The translations under genes were made by a program, and so were the position numbers. From the NCBI GenBank assembly GCA_030141605.1, contig JAQGDQ010000908.1, forward strand, positions 1 through 64,000: a DNA stretch of 64,000 bases, written 5' to 3'. Source of the DNA: Tubiluchus corallicola (Eukaryota > Animalia > Priapulida). This document shows, piece by piece, positions 24,511 to 38,620 of this stretch (the first letter of the stretch is position 1; each line of letters opens with the position of its first letter). A model generated the notes under the pieces. The model had not been told where the DNA came from and searched no databases. It was given only the letters and a program-made list of their open reading frames with translations.

Positions 24511-27211
24511 CCGTATTAAGAACGAGTCCGCGAGAGCACCATGCAGGGGGTGGCACATGAGGGGCGACGAATTTATATCATTTTTTTCTAACATGAAGGG
24601 CGACCCCCCAAAACCATGTAACCAAGATGTCAAAGCGATCGAGCTACTATTGGCAGAGAAATGACCACATCAAGAAATTGACCTCAAAAGAGGCAAAAAA
24701 TCGCTATTTTGGGGTGGGGGTTACTTTAACTTTTTCTCCTGTATAAACTATTATAGATGGGTCGATGTAAGTTGGCTGGTACATAGACCCAGACATTGTC
24801 TTCTGATATCCTAACTTTTTCTGACATACTATTAATAGTATCAGAGAACGGCATTTTTCAAATTCGGCTGTTTGTTAAGAGTCCAGGGAAAGGTTAAGTT
24901 GTAAGGCTCATAACTCGCCCACTGCGGGGCTACAGAACTTCTGGTTTTCATGTATGTGTTAACCATCTTCCTCACTAATAATATAAAAAAGAAAATTCGC
25001 TGGAGCCTGTTTCAGTATTTAGTACTGGCACTTTAAAATTTCACAAAAATCAGCAAAATTCGCCTTTTTTGTAGTTTTTCAATATTTTTTCTATCTATAT
25101 GCTGGATTATAAGTGACAAATCTATATATTCTAAATTTCATGAAAACGCACGAGCTGAGATAATATCATGAATGACATTATATAAAGGGGGCACTGTTAG
25201 AAAAAACTGCCATATCAACACACTTTTTTACTTTCCCTAGTAATTCCATCCATGTGTAAAAAGTAGACATACTTGGCTCAGGTCGAATATGACAGTGGAC
25301 ATTTAGCCACGTTTAACCTGCATTTTCTGTGACTAGTGCTCTAATTTCCTAGTAGCAGTAGATTCCTTTGCCATGGAAATTGCTAGAAATTTGCGAATTT
25401 CATCTTAGATTGGTTTAGTTTTGTCGGAATTTTCATATGACTACAAATATGAATAATTGTCTCTTCTGATGGATTTCAGGACAGGACATCATGCATGCCC
25501 CTAGTACCGAGTCTGACTCTGATTCAGGGCATTCTCTACACAGCGAATCGCTAATGAATACCAGGAAAGACTAAACAATAAGCCCTCTATTATAAATGAA
25601 GTACCAATTGTTAAGATCACATTCGGTATATACATATAAAATAGAAATCCATTAATTTTTTATACTTTTTATATGAATAAGCTTCATGGCTATACATAGA
25701 AGAATATGAATATCAGTACAAAAATGAAAAACTACAAAAGTCCAAAATACTGTTCCTATTGTAGCAGCATAATCCTATCACTGAAAAGTAGTACATGTAT
25801 TCAAAACCATAGCATCTAAATAATAGAGAAATAATTATCGATGCAGGTAGATTATCACTAGAAGATAGATACAGAAATATAGACAAATATATCATGGGGA
25901 AAGTGATAAAGTGAAAATCTTACAGTCTAAACATGAGACAATATAAGCGCATGGGCCCTTCTAGGGGGATGGCGGTGATATTTAGCTCAGAAAATTTTTT
26001 TCGCCCAAAATTTATTTGTGGCACAAAATCGATACTTCTGACAAAAAATATTAATAGTGTGATTGAATGATTGCGCCAATGGCACAAAAATTTTCGATGT
26101 TTTACAGTCAAAAAATCACCGGACAAATGATATTTTGTGGGGAAGTCTGTCCCATATTTTTTGGGCATTCACTCAGATTTAGGGCAATTTTCTTTGTGTC
26201 CTGGCTTGTACGCCTATGTAAGACAATGAATAATAATGAGGTAATAACCTGTACATAACATTTACAAAGCATAGAAAATAAACAGTACATAAAACATTTT
26301 CCAGTCCTTGCAAGAAGCAATTTCCATTCCGTAGATATTTCATTTGTTTGAAGATGGAAGCGCTCTAAATGCGGTCCAGTGTCTTTGGTACAGGCTAATA
26401 GATTCAAAATATTCGTTTCGTGCGGATAACTAGTCACAATGCCGCATTTAACGCTGGTATATAGCCCAGAAAACGAACATTTTAGTTCAGCTGTGGCCGC
26501 CATCTTGAACGCTGGAGTCCAATCCTGTCAGTACTTTAGCCAATGTGCTGGACAGGCCCCTAGTTGCCAAAGATGAATGTTTGTGATGTTTTGAAGTATT
26601 TTGGCAACTCATGTTTACCTACACGAAGCTTTTTGATGAACGTTGTTACCTATATTTTCACCCTGATGTATGCCTCTTTCAGGGGTCATTTACAATAGGG
26701 TGGAAATTCGCTCCATCGAAATTGTCACTGCAGCATAGTGGGATGGGATGCTCTATTCACATACATATCGATATTTTTGTCCCCGCCCCCGCAGTGGGTG
26801 AGATATAAGACTTTGAAATGACCGAGTATTTGCATCTTGTGCGTAATGCGAACTTAAAGACCCCCAGTAGAGCCGAAAGAGGGGGGTTTGGGACAAAAGT
26901 CGAAAAGTCGTTTTGGAGAAGATAACAAGATCCAATATTGTGCAGAGTCATATCTATTCAAACTCAGTGGTTGCTGCATGGCTAATCCTTCACATATGAG
27001 TAAAAAATAGAGGAAAATAGGTATATTTTCATGAAAATCGGCCTATGCCGTACCTCTGCTACTATGAGGAGTTGGACCAAGCGGATTCACATAGTGAATA
27101 CTAGTGACTAGTGGACCTCATACCCGAACTTTGGTCTGAATCGGTTACCTAGCATGGGCCGGAATTTTTCGATTTTGCATGGTCTTCTCGCGGACGTCTT
27201 TCCTAATACTG
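24511..27211 (-). mobile_element. Non-autonomous or deleted DNA transposon with imperfect ~35 bp terminal inverted repeats
   Basis: ccgtattaagaacgagtccgcgagagcaccatgca versus tgcatggtcttctcgcggacgtctttcctaatactg; internal Cys-containing ORF start at 26503 in aagATGGCGG context. Confidence 0.6.
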
Positions 27212-29474
27212 TCCCTGGAGTGTTAATGTCTGCGGTTTTTTGATAAAACTATTTGCCTTTCATCTGTCAAATTTTTTAATCCTCTGTTTCCTGCATTTTC
27301 CCAGGTTTGTCTAGTTTACGCAATAACGTTAAAACCTGAGAGAATATCTTAACAAAAATATAAAACTGCTCATCAATGATTTAAAATAAATATAGACGTA
27401 TTGATTTCGAAGTTGTCTTTGGGGGGGGGGATAATCTTGGAAAATATTTATGGAAGCTTCTTCATCACGAATCAACGTTTGCAGATTTGATTTGTGAAAC
27501 TTATTTGCTACAAAGTTTACTCTTTATATTGGCGGAGCTTATGGCAGAGATTCCTGAGCAAATATTTGTGAATAATGTTGATTTCTCCTTTCTTAACTCA
27601 CCCGAAAAGAAATCGAAATTCCTTTTCAGTCCTTGCTTTTAATCTTTAGCCTGCTTCTCTGTAACTCACTTTTCATTCTGATAGATTTAACATCGAAAAA
27701 TTCATAAAGTTTTAGAGTTTAAATTCGCTAGATTCTGCTTAAATTTTTTTAAATATTTGAACAAAGATGTGAACAGCAAACTACAGAGTGCAGAAACTAG
27801 ACAGAAAGAGGGATGGAAAATTTTTGACTATAATCTTCGATAATTCACCTTTCATCAGTAATTTTGATTGATTTGCCCCAGCTCAATAAAGAAATTTTGA
27901 AATTTGATAAAATCTGCACGAATTATAGACAATTGGAAAACTTGATAAGACTGTTAACCTTCATGCAGTTTTAAAGAGATTAGCGCCAAAAGACCACCTT
28001 CTCTGCAGGGATGAAGTTTAACAGCGACTTCTTTGGTGACTCTTTGGAGAAGGCACCAAATCATGTGTCCACAATTTTATGAAAGTATACACTTCGTACT
28101 GTGAATTTTTCAAAAAATCTCATGTAGTGCATTAAAAGCAAATCTTACATTGTCTTGATTTGGCTTTTCATTTTGATTAATTATTTATTACTTTCGTGAC
28201 TCTGACTGCAAGTACCTATTATTAAACTAGTAATGTGGGGTATCTTACGTTTTATGTAGATATCACTATCATTGGTGCTTACAAAATTAATGATCCCGTT
28301 TAAGTTGCAAGTGGCTTTTGCCAAAAAAACAATGCATGTATGAAGCAGCTTGTGTGAGAGAAAAAAACTGTTATCTAATCACACACTTCTGTCACACTTT
28401 TTAAAGTCTAAGATCTTTATTTGGTAGTATTATGAGTTAGTATGTAACTAGTTCAAAATAAAAAGAACGTAGGAGTTCGTTAATTAAGTAGAGATATTCA
28501 ATTAACTACAAATATTAAACCACAAAAAACCAAAAATGATCTTGACACAAAAATGTGATCGTTACAATAGATCAATTGGCTGTTTAACTGCAAATACTCA
28601 TTGTAACAAAATTAATAAATATTGTATAAAAAGTTAAATATTTCCATTGCCAGCAAGTTAATCAGGCATAAAAATGAAATGCAGTCGCATTTATTTTAGT
28701 TGCTTTCACCTCAACAACATGGCAATTTGTAACTTCCGCTATTAAAATAAATCCAAGCCAGTCTCTCGCAATTGCACGTTTTTTCAAATGCCGTTCTATC
28801 TTGTGGTGGTCATCATTGGACTCTCATTGGGAGCCCCCAGCATGGACCTCGTCAGAGTGCCCGATTTTAGGAAACTATATCTTGATCGAATCTGATGTAG
28901 CAAAGTCAAAAAGCTTAAAGCAGCATTCACTTTTTAAGAAAAATTAATAAAGTGATAAAAGCAACAGAGTGCCATGACAGTTTCAGGTCGCAAGTCATGT
29001 CACAGAGTTATGCTTCAGTGCGTCAAGTGCCTGTTCTAGATAAGCTAGTTTGTGACATCGTGATTTAGACTAAATTAAAGCAGTATACGCCGTTGTGACC
29101 TTGATAGAAATGTGCGCATTAAACTAAATTGCCAAATTTGTAGTTATGTCGCCTTGCTTTGTCAGGGCAGAATACATCTAGTTCTGTGTGATGCACGGTG
29201 CGTAATAAATTGCGCACAAAATGAGCTGGAAGTGCTTCCGCGTACGCGTAATAAATTTAGATAGAATACGGAAGTATTGGTAGCATTAATGCGGATTTTC
29301 GTGCACAAATCACGCACATAGATTCATAGGCAAAATGGGCCTATTTATATACTATTGGAGTTGCTAGATGCTGCCAGACTAAAAGACCTAGTTTGTAGGC
29401 AAGTACGTTTTATTAAACACATTGAAGGATCTTTTATGTCTTTTCACATCTCCTATTGTTAGAACAATAAAACT

Positions 29475-30623
29475 ATGACTACGAAAAAAATTGCTATAGT
29501 CACTAGTATCATTTTTACTTTAACAATGGCTGTCTTGTATAATTCATGGACCATAAATCCACTGTTAATTGAAGTGAGACGTTTTAACCGGACTTCAGAA
29601 AGAGTTGAAAGCTATTATCCTTCCTTCACTAGTAACCTAACAATTTCACCAACCCGGAAATTAATTTTGTTTTGGAATAAGTTCCACAAGGATGATTTTT
29701 TTGATTTTGGAAAAGGAAGTAAGCCTTTTGAAATGTGTGACGTGCGGGATAGAAATTGTGAAACAACAAATGACAAGACTCGTTTGAATGAAAGTGATGC
29801 AGTTATTGTGCACATGAGGGGCAATATTACTCCTTTCCCTGTTTACCGACCATCTGGACAAAGATGGGTTTTCGTTTTGTGGGAAACGCCAATCAGAATG
29901 TTTCCCTACAAAAAAGGAAAAATCCCAGACTTGTCGCATTTAAATGACATTTTTAACTGGACGATGACTTATCGTCTCGATTCCGATTTTCCTCGCTTAC
30001 ATGGAGAAGTTGTCTTACGTCCTTCACCTCGTGTTGAGATTGTTAAAAATTACGCTAAAGGAAAGGCAAAACTAGTGGCTTGGTTTGTAAGTAACTGCAA
30101 CACCGATTATACTGGACGAATAGAATATGCCAAAGAGTTACAGAAATACATCTCTGTTGATGTATATGGCAAATGTGGCAACTTAACATGTCCGAAAAAA
30201 GACCGTTATTGTGATAAGATGTTAAAACGCGACTATAAATTTTATTTGTCATTTGAAAATTCTTACTGTCGTGACTATATTACAGAGAAAGTTTATAACA
30301 GGTTAATGTTCAGCAATGTGATTCCCGTAGTGAGAGGTGCTGCTGATTACACAAAGTTAACCCCATCACATTCAGTAATCAATACAGCAGATTTTGACTC
30401 AACTAAAAAACTTGCCGAGTATCTCTTGTATTTGGATAAGAACGACACTGCTTATTCACAATATTTTGCCTGGAAGCAGAATTATTCTATAGCAAGAGGC
30501 GCAAATCGAAGCTTCTGCCATTTGTGCAAAAAACTGAATAATCCGACTGAACCAGCAAAAACATACAACATACAAGACTGGTGGGTGAAGCAAGGAAATT
30601 GCATCGAGGTACAAAGACAGTAA
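29475..30623 (+). CDS. Alpha-1,3-fucosyltransferase (GT10), intact single coding exon
   Basis: N-terminal TM, FNWTMTYRLDSD, VAWFVSNC, VDVYGKCG, GT10 motif YKFYLSFENSYCRDYITEK, Y.QYFAW. Confidence 0.95.
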   Translation: MTTKKIAIVTSIIFTLTMAVLYNSWTINPLLIEVRRFNRTSERVESYYPSFTSNLTISPTRKLILFWNKFHKDDFFDFGKGSKPFEMCDVRDRNCETTNDKTRLNESDAVIVHMRGNITPFPVYRPSGQRWVFVLWETPIRMFPYKKGKIPDLSHLNDIFNWTMTYRLDSDFPRLHGEVVLRPSPRVEIVKNYAKGKAKLVAWFVSNCNTDYTGRIEYAKELQKYISVDVYGKCGNLTCPKKDRYCDKMLKRDYKFYLSFENSYCRDYITEKVYNRLMFSNVIPVVRGAADYTKLTPSHSVINTADFDSTKKLAEYLLYLDKNDTAYSQYFAWKQNYSIARGANRSFCHLCKKLNNPTEPAKTYNIQDWWVKQGNCIEVQRQ

Positions 30624-30819
30624 GATTGTACACGAACCATAACCCTCATCCTATTGGTATTTTTATATGTGCTGTTTGCTTAATCTTCTGTGAGTTGTTT
30701 TCTGTTTCTGATCATTATGGGCGTGGTTATAATTTTGAAAATATGCAGTCATTTGCATAATAAAATACAACTTTGCCTGTGCTTCTTCAGATATAGTACT
30801 AACACTTATAATTGGTGAT

Positions 30820-30862
30820 GCCGATGACGATGATGATGGTGATGATGATGGTGGTGATGATG
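30820..30862. repeat. (GAT/GGT)n microsatellite
   Basis: Visible directly. Confidence 0.9.
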
Positions 30863-32250
30863 ATTCCTTTATCATCAGTACTTCGTTTGCTGAAAGCATG
30901 AAAAACAGCCAACATCTCCTTACCACAAGTACAAAGAATGAAATCTTTGCAAGTCAAGAAGCAAAATATAAATGATTTCACTGAGACAAGCCCAACCAGC
31001 CAAAAGCAATTGAAGTGTCATAGAAGATTCGTTGAACTTCTGTCTGGTAAAAATGGCCTAGCTGCCATTTGCATAAAATGTTCTTAATTTTTACTTTGAA
31101 ATAATTTAGCCAGTAAAAGAGCCACAGTACAGCAAAAAACCTTTTTCCATAACATATCATTACTGTGCCATTTTTAAATAATAAAAATCATTTTCTTGAA
31201 ACTAGCCACAAAATGTAAAAACAGTGAATATAAATATGATGTACAAAAAAACAAATGTAGGTATAAAAGTAGACCAAGAACTGTACTAAACGTATGGAAC
31301 AAGCAAATATAGCTCATAAAGAAAGAATTTGCTTAAAACAATTATAAAAGGCGAGCATATTTTTTACTAATAATTTATCAATTTATTTATGCAAGATATA
31401 ATTTGTAAACTCTTGAAGTTAATTTGAAGATTTACAAACCATTTGGAACTAGGACAACATAGGTTTCGCGTTAGAATGATTTCTCCAATTTGTGTTTGTT
31501 TTACATTAACGTTATGATCATGGCTTCCCACAAGTCTTACTCCATTTCCTTCTACAGCTAATAACAAATTCACTTTTTCTTCAGTTTTATGTCATGCCAA
31601 AAGATCGCCTTTCGACTTTACGAGATGTTTCTTACAGTTTGGTATGTCCAGTAGAAAAGTATTACATTTTAATAATATGTAATAGAAACTACATATTCTG
31701 CTACGTGTAGCAATTACTATCCTTTCTAATTTTAAATTGTATTGGTCTTTTTAGTTAGCCTTTTGACGGAAGTGAGGGTTAACCTGTCATTCAACTTGCT
31801 TTTGTTTGAGTCTAGGTAATCTTGGTAGACCATATTAAAGTTGACGAACGCAAAATTAAAGAAATATGGAAGCAGTAAACTTTCTTGATCAAGTATTATT
31901 CCTTTGTTTGTTTGTTCAGTTGTTTGTTTGTAAAGTAAAACGTTTCTACTGCGTGATAAAGTTTCCTACACATTAGCTGGGTGAATAATGGACGACAAAT
32001 ATAGGATGTGAAACAACACAAATTTGGCGATGTGATAGTGATATGATAGGATACTTTTACCAACAACACCATAACGTTAATCTATTTTAGATGACACGAT
32101 ACGATAAGAAAAAATACTTCTGAGACAGAGGTCACAGCAACAGGAGCCTTGAATATCTTTTTTTCAAAACAGAATGTCTCAAAGTTACGGACTCAAATAA
32201 ATATGATTCGTGTATTTGTTTGTGTTGACCATTAGCCGACCAAGGGGTTT

Positions 32251-33138
32251 TTATATTGCACTAAAGACCATACGTCTGCGCCCGCTCATCCGCGCAACAG
32301 ACATACTCGATGTGCTTGACACACCTCCAACTTCTTTCGATCTAACACTAGGTTCACCTGTCCTCACAGGTTTACCGTGTGCATTCATGATTACATCAAT
32401 TATTCCAGCCTTATTTGTACCCTGTGGTAAAGTTAACCTACGTTCAGCAGTTATCTGCTTTAAGACAGGTACAGTTAGTTGCTGCAATTCACTCTCCAGG
32501 TAAACGCCTGACATAATTAACGCCTAATCACAGATAATATAGGATAAATAGTAGTTACAGTGGAAAGTAGTATGCAGTGAAATAGTTACAGTGAAACAGT
32601 AGCTTGCAGAATATTTATAGATCTACCATTCAATTGTCACAGACTGGCTCAACGCATACAGACATACATAAATACTGTATATTAGGGTAATGTAAGTGCA
32701 AATCAAACAAAGTAGCAAAATAGGAATATACAAAATCTAGGCCTAGACTTTTGACTAGCCTGCAATGAAATAACGGTTCCACTAGCAGTTGAAACGTTTA
32801 CAGTGCGATCAAGGACAAATCGGGCATTCAAGTCAGCATATACCTAGAATTATAGCATTTACAAAATCTGCATGAAAACTATGTAAATAATGGACAAAAC
32901 ACATTCAACTGAGTAATCAATAATTGAGTGATCAACACTAATCAGTAATCAACTGAGTAATCAGAAGGAAAGATGCTATGTTCTTTCGATATGTTTTTGC
33001 CCAAAGTTTCCCCCTGAATATTAGCCATGTAACTAATTACCTGAAAGGAAATATCATCAAATTCTCAAAATGCTGACAAAGAATTTTATTCCTACCGAGT
33101 TACACCAAATAAAGTCAAATATCCCACTTCCGGCACCA
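32251..33138 (-). mobile_element. 5' stub of an LTR retrotransposon: PBS, leader and Gag N-terminus with a SAP/HEH-like motif
   Basis: PBS TGGTGCCGGAAGTGGGAT at 33121-33138; ORF 32514-32251 with ELQQLTVPVLKQITAERRLTLPQGTNKAGIIDVIM. Confidence 0.65.
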
Positions 33139-33143
33139 AAATT

Positions 33144-34153
33144 TGACGATGTTGTCTAATTTTCGCTATTGCAAATAGGTGGTTCGTGACTTAAGTGTAA
33201 TCCTTAGGTAAAGAATAAAAGCTTAGTCGAAATTAACACTGGGAAAAAAACCACTGAATTAATAAAATAATATAACAATTTAACTAATTTCCCAAAATAC
33301 ATTGCAAGACAAATATTAATAATAAAGATTATGTCGGCTAAGTTTTCACTAGTCCAGTCTAGGCACCATCAAGCGACTTTTCTCCTGCTCCCATTCCGCA
33401 TCATCTCTGTCTGACTCCTCACCAGAGAGCTTCGTCGAGAAATGGTGCACCATAAAAACGGTTTGCCACACCTCTTCATGCATCCGATTACGTGAACGAT
33501 GTCTCCAAACTTTGACGACTCCTGATGACGTCCTCGCCTCCAATAATATGACGCCAAAATAGAGTAGAATTCAAGCTCCTGCACTCGTCACAAGGTAAGG
33601 ATCACCAATTTCGTAATTAATACATGGAAGTACCAACGACAGTTTCATCAACGTCAGGCAAATGCGGATAAGTATCATCATCAGTAGATATCATCGACAA
33701 CTGGTAAATACAATCTTTAATAAGTTATGTATCATCAGCGTCAGGAAAATGTGATCAGCAACAGGTAAGTATCATCGCTGAAATGCAACTATCGTCTCTG
33801 TCGTAACCATGTAGACTGATCGCTTTTCTGCAAGCAAGCACTATTACTACTAAACCATCATTTTATGGCATGAGAACGTCCGCTTAACTCGACAACTTAA
33901 AGCGGAATACCTGGGCGAACTGAACAGCAAAAATTTCGTCTACGTGGCTTCAATCACATGATATAGTAGTAATGCATAAATAGTATCATTCAATGTACAG
34001 GTGAAATCTGATTTCAGAACAGATTGGCTTCTGTCGTTGTACCGTTAAACAGTTTAACTAAACTTCTTTTATAAAAATAGAAAATAATAAATGGTGGAAT
34101 TAAAACAGTGGGAACTAGCTACATAACCTGGCCTAAAATAAGCCTGAGAGTCA
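33144..34153 (-). mobile_element. Candidate 5' LTR of the stub element
   Basis: TGAC...GTCA termini, abuts the PBS; upper boundary inferred. Confidence 0.45.
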
Positions 34154-37100
34154 TATATAGTTTTTACACAATGATATTTACATTGACCATATTGGTCTAC
34201 AACGTTATAAAGATGTAACTACATTTTAGTATGCCTGAATAGAAAACGACAAAAACTATCGACATTATCGTTTCCTTTATACTAGAAGATTAAGACAATG
34301 ATGTAAACTAGACCGCGCTCATGGCAAAGCCATAAAATTGACCATTACGATCAAATTTGTAACTGCTGACTGTGAAAACTGTTTGTTGACTTGATCTTTG
34401 TCAGATGAATTAAAATATGCACATTATTATTAGAATTAATCTACAAAGTTTAATCTGCAATTAAGATATCAAAGTAACAGTATTATATAATATTAGAATA
34501 CAAAAGATATAATGATACCTTACAAAGACCTAACTAGGTTTTAGTACAATCAGTAGATGTTAATAAATGTGTACTGCAATAGAATGCCAATTAGGTATCG
34601 TTCTACTCAGGGAAATGTCGGCTATCAATCGGCCATTCAATCGTGCTATTTTAATGCGTATCACGGTGTTGGATAGTTGAAATTGTCCGCATTAGTCGAT
34701 TTCACACAAGTATTGTACTTTGTTACAGTGCAAACACTGCAGTTACTAAAAGCTTTTTTCTATATACCTATTCTTCAAAAATCGATTTTTGGTTTGTTTG
34801 GGGTAAGCAAATGCATTTCGTTTATAATTTTCCATGAAAATCCATTGTGTGAGGAGTAGAAATCTGAATAATTATCAAATGTAACGGTTAGTGACAGCAG
34901 TTTTTTTATGAAACCATGCAAACAGCAGCAAACTCTTACCGTCCGTTACTTAAATTCAGAATAATTCATTAAATGGGCACGATGCCAAATACTACTTTTC
35001 CTACAGCCCTGCATGTTCACTCATAAATCTGTTTGCTAGAGCAGATCCAGGCAAATAGGGTTTCACGTATAAACAGTATAACTCGAGATATAACTCGGAA
35101 ACAAGAGCCCAAAAAAGAAGAAGTACTGGTAGTATGAGATGAACATACTAATAATCTAATAATTTATATGAAACAACGCCTTAATCAGGCAGGGCCCAAG
35201 TTATGTTGCTGAATCTATCAGAGAGTATTACGTCAAAAACGTTAAATCATAACATAGATTTACAATAAAAAAAAATTGTAAATCTCCAACGAGATCTCAA
35301 AATAGTAAAATTACAACAAGTATTTGGCAAAAAAATTAAATGCACCTAATAACTTGCAGCAAAATTACTGTAGGTAGGACTACCGAACGACATATTGTGC
35401 TGTACCGTTACAACTTCGTTACAGTTACAGATCATTCATCTTGCGCAAACAAGAATGGCGGTTCTTCACACGCGAGTATAATAACAACGTACAGATAAAA
35501 AATCAAACACAGCATGTTTTACAGTAAACTTCTAATAAAATAGATGTAAAATTCGATTTTGTGTATGATTATATTCCGTAAAAGCCTATATTATAGTCAG
35601 GGTTTTGTTTGACTTTAAATTTGGAGAATATAATAACTTTTCTTTTAGTATATATTCTTTCGTGTATGTATTTAATTTACTTAAAATTTACAGAGAGCTT
35701 AATTGCCACATTTTGTGTTAGCAGATCTGCTGTATTATTGCTTAAAAAAAGAGGATGGTATCATCTGCAGAAAGACTGGTTTGAACATTCGGATAGTTAG
35801 CAAGATCATTTACATGAATTAAAAATAACAAATGGCCGGTGTTGATCCTTGAAGAACATTGCATAGCATAACAATAGTTGAAGCGGTTGGATCTCGAATT
35901 TACCTAGCCAAATGCATTATCTACACCAGTAATATTTTATGGAGGTAACTAGAGGAACACGTGGCACCATCCTGAAACGATATGTCAAATACTACAGCTG
36001 TACAAATTTTAGGTTTTTTGGAAAATTTAACAATTTTAGCAATTAGTGCCTCCTCTATAATAGTGTAATTATCATTGTAAAGTCCATGACGTACATAATT
36101 AATTCTGTATTTTTTATTTTTATTCTGATATGACGCAAATACACAAGAAGCTTTTTTGGTGGCTAGGAGATTATAAAGAAGTTCTGGTAATCTTCGTTTC
36201 TCATATTTATTAAATTCACTCTTGCCTAGTAGTCTCTGCGCACTCTCGCTAACTATTAGAATAACTCAGTTTTCAAACTTCCCGACATTAATGATTTAAA
36301 TAAAAGCTTTTTCTATCGCTGATGTTTTTAGTTCTGGGCGCAGCTGCACAAGCAATTTAGTATTTACAAGGCACGACTAACCAGAGCCACAGCAGCTTAC
36401 AGGTATGTTTATAAGATTTGTGAAAAAAATACGGAACACGTAAATAAGCTTAAAATGTTTAAAGAACTTTGAATATGATAGAGTTAAAAATATTGTAGTA
36501 TAAACTTTAAATTTAACACTGAAATTCTGTGTAATATTGATATTATATTAATTTCAGTTAATTATGTTAAGTTGATCCCATATTCGATATAAAATTAGTT
36601 AAAATAAATAAAAAGCAAATTATAATTTTAACTGTCTCTAGGTCCCTAAAAATTTGTAACATTTCTTTACAAAGTGATACATATATTACTTTTCAAGGTT
36701 CCAAAAGTATTCTAGTAACTTCCGAAATTGTATCACCACTTTGAATTTACCTTTACAGTTAATTTTAATCTAAACCTCAGCGCCAGACATTTGAAAAAAC
36801 GCAGATGTCTGAAAAACAACGTTCCAGATTTCACATGGTTCGGTGTGCTAGAGAACGGGAGATTGTCATGCTTATGTGTTCATGTGAGCTTATCATCGAA
36901 ACTATGTTTGCAACAATAAAATATAATGAAATGATTTATAATTTTTTTTCAAGGTTACAATAGTTGAGTTGTTATGAATGAACGTTCATTGTTGGGTTAC
37001 ATTTTTCGATGCTATCAATTGTTCTTAGCTGCCGATAGTACATTATATGTAAGCCGCATATACAAATCTTCAAAAAATTATTATATAATATTTATTATAA

Positions 37101-37839
37101 GTAAGGACTGGAAATAATACCCTCTCTTTTTTACACGTTATAGAAATGCAAGAGTCTTCTCAATTACGTGTCGTATAGATCACCTGGCAGAGTCAACGTT
37201 GATGCCATTTTGCCAACACTCTTGAGTCCACATCTCACTGTTGGGATGTCTCTCTATAGGTTAGACGTCGAATCATGTGTACAGCATGATTCACGTATAC
37301 TATGTTATATGTACAGCATGAATTCCATGTAACAGTAAAAAATTATAACTCTATAGTAAACATTGCCTGCAAAAAGAGGCATGTATATACGTAATCACTA
37401 TATTTATATGTAAAGAACTAGTTATAATAATAACAACAATAATAATAAGATAGCTGAACTCTTCTTATATGCTCCCTAGCTGCAGCTTAGATGTAGTTCA
37501 CGTATTTGGTGGTGTGGAATAGCATGGTGCGGACGGTGCGGTGCGGTTCGTGTGATGTGAGTGGAGGGTGTGGTATGAGTTGCGTGGTGCATGTGATGCG
37601 GTGACGATGGGTGTCATTGTGGGTGTTTGAACAAAATACTTTGATGCAGATATAGTTGTAGTGACCTTTGACCTCGGGCCAAAGGGTATAGGACACTGTA
37701 CATTGGCTTTCAACTGTTGTTCTGCTTCTCCTAGGAATTTGCGTTAGAATTAAGTGTTTTTCACTGGTATTTAGGTACTGCGGCTTGATGTTCAATTGAG
37801 GTCCTAAAAAGCTGATATCATTTAACATTTACCATCCCG

Positions 37840-38620
37840 CACATTGAACCCAGTTGACTTTTTATATTTACTGATTTTTCTTGTGGATGTCATCACCAGC
37901 CATTCTGTTCTCTCGAATGGTATCGGTTGCACTGACGCCTTTAGTTGCCATTTCACGCAATAATGCGTGACTAGTAAGAAGTTGTATGTCAAAATGGCAG
38001 CATCACTGACTTCTAAAACCACATTTACCAGTGAGTCTCCCGCATGACTGGCACATCCTTTTCTTTGCTCTTATAAACCTGTATTTGGTATTGATACTCA
38101 TCAATGCTGCAAATATACCACAGTTTATGTCCAAAGCCAATGGGTTTTCCAGGTATATACGTTGTGGCACTACGTTTTGTGGCATAGACTCATCAATGTT
38201 CAAGAAGGAATGGAATGCATCATATTTTATTAAAGCTTCCTTTAACATTGTGTAAATGAGCTCTATTTTTGCAATCTTGTTTGCTTTCCCAAGGGCTTGA
38301 TTAGCAGCAAAAACGTGTGTACTGCTTAGTGGACTGCAAGCGATTCCTGCTCATTTTTACTCTTCACAATTCCGCATCCCAGATCAGGTTCATTTGACCA
38401 GCAGTAGCGTTCTTCTGGAAGTTTATGGTAACTGGACAGCAATAAAATGCCTATAAAATTGACAATGTCGATCTCTTTACAGACTACGCTACGTTATTCT
38501 TCTCTCTGTGGGTAAACAAATTTGTATGGCGTGTTATGTGCTCTTCTGTGTTATCACCTCATCTGTAAAAAAGGCTAACCACATTTGAAAGGGTGACGTT
38601 TCTGAAAGAATCGGATGCAC
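37840..38620 (-). pseudogene. Decayed piggyBac (PGBD-like) transposase
   Basis: Across frameshifts: PFQMWLAFFTDE, FIGILLLSSYHKLP..RYCWS, MSRNR, LNIDESM, YIPGKPIGFGHKLW, SATDTIRENR. Confidence 0.85.

Noticed and set aside
38003-38248. Possible GT92-like glycosyltransferase (NIDE motif)
   Set aside because: Neighbouring frames give piggyBac transposase motifs (IDESM, KPIGFGHKLW, TIRENR)
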